A program made the position numbers and the translations under genes. DNA of 43,133 nt from Puniceicoccales bacterium (GTDB taxonomy: Bacteria; Verrucomicrobiota; Verrucomicrobiia; Opitutales; JAIRKQ01), in contig JAIRMM010000014.1 of NCBI GenBank assembly GCA_031258695.1, positions 1 to 43,133 of the forward strand, written 5' to 3'. This document shows positions 40,301 through 43,133 of this stretch, piece by piece. How positions within the stretch are numbered: the stretch's first letter is position 1; every line of letters begins with the position of its first letter. Under the pieces are notes generated by a model. The model worked only from the letters and a program-made list of their open reading frames with translations. It was not told the DNA's origin and searched no databases.

Positions 40301-40492
40301 CAAAATTTCCTCCCCAGGGATTTCTACGGGATGATTTGGGAGGACGTCGTCGATGGAATTGTTTTTTTCATCCTGTCGGATAAAGAAAATACTGTGTTCA
40401 AGCGGCTTAATAAGGGGTTGCCCTTCGAACGCGTCGCATACGGCGTTGGTGGCATCCCATTGGAATTGCTGGTGTTTGAATTGCAGTTTCAT
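37379..40492 (-). CDS. res: Type III restriction-modification endonuclease subunit Res
   Basis: METGTGKT, IIDEPQ, RYSATH, SALREGWDNPNVFQIC, QEIGRGLR and C-terminal nuclease YTPDW...VAETKG; intact, 1037 aa. Confidence 0.95.
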   Translation of the reverse strand: MKLQFKHQQFQWDATNAVCDAFEGQPLIKPLEHSIFFIRQDEKNNSIDDVLPNHPVEIPGEEILANIRRVQIRQNLQPIAELEGEWPNLNLTVEMETGTGKTYVYIKTMYELHRRYGWAKFIIVVPNVAIREGVRKAFEMTEHHFFEGYGKKIRFFIYNSASPKDVEQFTTDSNINAMIINAQAFNRKNDTLRVSMNLDSFKGRRPIDVIAETRPILIIDEPQSVEGSATKEALKNFNPLFTLRYSATHRYSYNMVYRLDAMDAYNRKLVKKIAVKGISISGNTATNGYVYLAGINLSNVKNPTATIEFDAKGRDKIYKKMRVVKEGDNLYQLSKFLDEYKDGWFVTAINGEMNFIEFANGVKIFVGEINGCTNEELLRRIQIRETIISHIDRERQLFYKDIKVLSLFFIDEVKKYRLSNDKDGIPSKTSEDEKLDIGSENREETIETNGIYAKIFEEEYANAVENYQPNFGDEEYARFLKSTTAATAHSGYFSIDKKSNKFINGKIGRKEMLSDDCSAYDLIMKNKERLLDKAEPVRFIFSHSALREGWDNPNVFQICTLKRNNSDIAKRQEIGRGLRLCVNQKGERMDGTSFGDGVHDVNILTVIASESYESFVVGLQGAIAGDIAHRPKEISEDLFEGKSVRNGDGKGGKISYDCAAVIYESMIRNRYVEKGKLTEKYYSDVQNGKFTVEANVLADDIIGIIGTIYDSDAMKPENARERNVELKLDKEKLSKKEFQDLWNRINIKSSYSVDFDTDDLIAKSVETLNSEGRLCISKPKVIIIAGEMGEIKSKQCLESNRAFSKQKQFPVRLATKPMCDIKYDIVGKFVENTGLTRRTVAEILRQLKQNTFEMFKTNPEEFILRASNLINEQKATAVVEHIKYNKLDSTYNVEIFTNPTPWGNKRDTVATKKNICSHVHTDSENERKFVENLDSSENVSIYAKLPSGFFISTPMGKYTPDWAIVFDFKREGIKHIYFVAETKGTMALPQLRVVEKSKIECAKKHFAAITCGTVKSCDTVTYDIVESYEALLDKVMR

Positions 40493-40505
40493 CGCTGGCC
40501 TTTCG

Positions 40506-42361
40506 TCACAATACTTTGACGTTGGAGTGCGGGGATATGGTTTTGAAAATTTCTAATCCGTTGATCTTTGCTGCCGAATCGGCAAACGAACTATCGCGAA
40601 AAACAGCGTTAATGGGTTGCAATTCCGCAATTTTTCGGATGGTTGCCTCGGGAATATTATGGTCAAAACATGCCACGAGGGCCTTTCCATTCACCATATG
40701 TACGGTGTTTTTGCCAATTATTTCCTTTCTGTGCGGTAGAGACAGGGGGAGCCCAAGTCGGATTATGGCATCGTAGAGGAGGTCCAAGTCCGTGCGGTCT
40801 TCCTTGATGTTCTCAGCGAGAGCAATGAGATCTTCCTGTTTCGTTTCAGCTGGCGAAAGGTCGACATCTTTCATGTTGCTTTCATCGACGCGAAACACCC
40901 GAAAGCCACAGTCGAAATCGGCTCCCGGATTTTCCGCTCTGATTTTTTCCCCGGCTCGGAGGATGCGTTCCTTGCCGATGTCAGCGATGGTTTTACATCC
41001 AGCATTGAAGGCTTCGGAAGATTCGTTCGTTTTCTCGGGGAGCTGCACCATAATAAATTTTCGCTTGCCGCTATCCTTCGCATTCAACTGCATCACGGCA
41101 TGGGCAGTCGTGGCGGACCCGGAGAAAAAATCGAGGATTATGGAATCAGGCTTTGTGTTGGCGAGGATCAAAAGATGTTGCATCAGCCGTAGAGGTTTAG
41201 GATTGTCAAAGAAATTCTTCCCGCCAAATAATACCTTCAGTTCCTGTGCACTTTCCTGGGTGTGACCCACATTTTCATAAAACAAAATTGAAGTGGGCGT
41301 CATCCCATCCCTAAGTAATTCCGATAAAAATCGTTTTATACGAGGACTATCTTTCCCGTTAAAATGAATCCTATTATCGCGGAGCTTTTCTAAAAACTCG
41401 CTTTTAGGAAAACGCCAACATTTGCCAGACGGAGGTCTTAGGGTGCGTCCAGATGGCGTTTCAATGGGATAATCTCCGGTTGGACTATACGTCTTTGCCG
41501 ACATGTTGTCTGATTGCCATGGTCCACGTGGATCGTTGTCGGGATTATAGAATATTTACTGTCTGCTTTTTCCGTCCGTGGTAATCTTCCTATCTCAAAA
41601 TCATCGATTCTCTTCGCATACATAAGAACGTAGTCGTGACCAATTGACACATACTTGGCATCATTTTGCCGGGACTGTGCCCTTTCCCATACGAATTGTG
41701 CAATAAAATTTTCCTCCCCAAATACCTCGTCACAAATTTTCCGCAGGTTCGCAATCTCATGGTCATCGATGGAGATGAAAATCACGCCATCGTTGGAGAG
41801 CAAATCACGGGCAATTTTCAGCCGTGGGTACATCATGGAACACCAATTGCTGTGGAGACGGCCTTTTGTTTCTGTATCTAATAACTTTTCGTCGGTTTCT
41901 TCATCGCGAACTCCCTTTTTACGCTCGTATTTGCCGGTTTCTTCTCTCCAATTGTCGCGATAGATGAAGTCCTTCCCGGTGTTATAGGGCGGATCGATAT
42001 AAATCATTTTGATCTTCCCCAGGTAGCTTTCCTGGATCAATTTCAAAACATCGAGATTGTCACCTTCGATGTACAAATTTTCCGTGGTTTCCCAGTTTTT
42101 ACTGCCATCGACCACAGGACGGAGCGTTTTGTCGATGGATCTGTGCAGTTCCCGTACCGCTTCCCGCTTCCCAACCCAAGTAAAATCGTATGCCTCGTTC
42201 CTATTTTCGAGAATTTCTCCGGACAATTCGGTACGCAGTCTGTCGAAATCGACCTTCCCGTCAACCACCACATTGGGGAAAAGTTCCGCAATTTTTCTTA
42301 CATTCTCCGCCCACAGGGGTACAGTCGACCTGCCTAATACTTCCGAAGTTTGTAAATACAC
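40506..42361 (-). pseudogene. mod: Type III RM methyltransferase Mod, split by a frameshift at ~41546-41555
   Basis: The 5' ORF carries IEGDNL and IYIDPPYNTG; the 3' ORF carries PKPLRL and ILDFFSGSATTAHA. Joining frames restores ...ADSKYS-NPDNDPRGPWQSDNMSAK..., a typical Mod segment. Confidence 0.9.
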
Positions 42362-42425
42362 AATTTAAATTGTGCATAATTTTTATAAATTTTACAAGCT
42401 TTTTTCTACAAAACAAGGTTTTTTA

Positions 42426-42510
42426 TTTTATGACGAGTTTATGGAACGCTACAGTAAGAAGGAAAAACGATCATGGAAACATGATGAACGGGAAATAAAA
42501 AATAACCTCT
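42426..42510 (+). pseudogene. Possible tyrosine integrase core-binding-domain fragment
   Basis: FYDEFMERYSKKEKRSWKHDEREIK resembles the (F/Y)MERYSK..KKSW..DERE segment I recall from phage-type integrases. Very short, and flanked by non-homologous sequence. Confidence 0.35.
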
Positions 42511-42811
42511 TCGATAAAATTCTACGACCCATCGGGGCAGATTTTTCCAATTCCAACCCCTCCCGCATGTCAAGGCTTCCTGGCCACACCAAAGATAACG
42601 GCAAGCTCCAAGAACTTCTATATCTTAACATGGACCATCGGGAAGGAGCAATTTTGTAAAAACATGCAATAATTCAACTTTTGGAACCTATGGTTCCATT
42701 TCAAGGCTACGTCCAATAGCCACCTCGGGAGAAAACAGCAATCCACCTATTGTTAAACTATCCACCTATCGTTTCCTTTGAAAAATTTCAGCCTTCAGTC
42801 CAGAATTTATT

Positions 42812-43133
42812 TCATATTCGAGATTGAATCCATTCATGGTATTGTTCTTTGGTTTCGGAAGATATTCGTTCATCCCCTTGAATTTTTTGATCTAAATCGA
42901 CTAAATAGCCTATTAGCCGTTGATCTCCGCAACAAGAATTAAAAGCCCTATCCAGGTAGTTTACAGGCCTGCCTGAATTTGGCCAATAAGGTGTGAAAAG
43001 TGCTCCTGGGTTATTGCGAAGCAACATTTCTATCATCCATATGTCACTTGAACGTAAGGGTAACATGTCACAAACCCTACCTACAATAGTACGGTGATCG
43101 TGGGTAGGTGTAATGTGAAATGAGAAAAATGCA
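42812..43133 (-). CDS. 3' end of a hypothetical protein entering from the right edge
   Basis: The frame of ORF 42812..43066 has no stop between 43066 and the window end (AFFSFHITPTHDHRTIVGRVCD-MLPL...), so it is probably a truncated longer gene. Confidence 0.55.
   Translation of the reverse strand, partial: AFFSFHITPTHDHRTIVGRVCDMLPLRSSDIWMIEMLLRNNPGALFTPYWPNSGRPVNYLDRAFNSCCGDQRLIGYLVDLDQKIQGDERISSETKEQYHEWIQSRI

Noticed and set aside
3359-42337. Numerous 60-200 aa antisense or alternate-frame ORFs inside ppdK, thrS, dnaX, recD2, the secretin, res and mod
   Set aside because: They are shadow ORFs of long, well-supported genes, with no independent motifs or ribosome-binding sites.
40506-42361. 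Classical simple-repeat phase variation (phasevarion) of mod
   Set aside because: There is no mono-, di- or tetranucleotide repeat tract at the frameshift or in the 5' part of mod.

Overview
This is a gene-dense bacterial chromosomal window. Its lineage is most plausibly a host-associated Verrucomicrobiota (Opitutia/Puniceicoccales-like); this is inferred from the Verrucomicrobia-type secretin, a DnaX without the zinc module and the ThrS insert, and was not checked by any search. Most genes are housekeeping: ppdK, thrS, bioW-bioF, fbaB, rsmG, rsmA, a CysJ-like FAD/NADPH module, xerD, dnaX, mraZ-rsmH-ftsL-like, recD2, hldD, nrdR, oppA, a secretin, comM and fabV. Restriction-modification (RM) loci sit at both ends. 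On the left, an alpha-class DPPY methyltransferase is coupled by an ATGA overlap to a HaeIII-like endonuclease that runs off the edge. On the right is a type III res-mod pair with a frameshifted mod, next to a possible integrase relic. The most notable items are: (1) an isolated Ysc-like sctS-sctT-sctU non-flagellar type III secretion (T3SS) cassette in a run of rRNA-methylase genes, with an Inc-like effector candidate nearby; (2) a full-length thymidine-phosphorylase homolog that has lost its catalytic and phosphate-binding motifs; (3) a probable m4C-GGCC RM system that would be auto-annotated as dam; (4) marked CCATGG enrichment, densest in a dead ISAs1 fragment; (5) an E. coli-like A-AAA-AAG plus hairpin frameshift signal in dnaX. 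I found no rRNA, tRNA or CRISPR array. All family assignments are motif recognition by eye.
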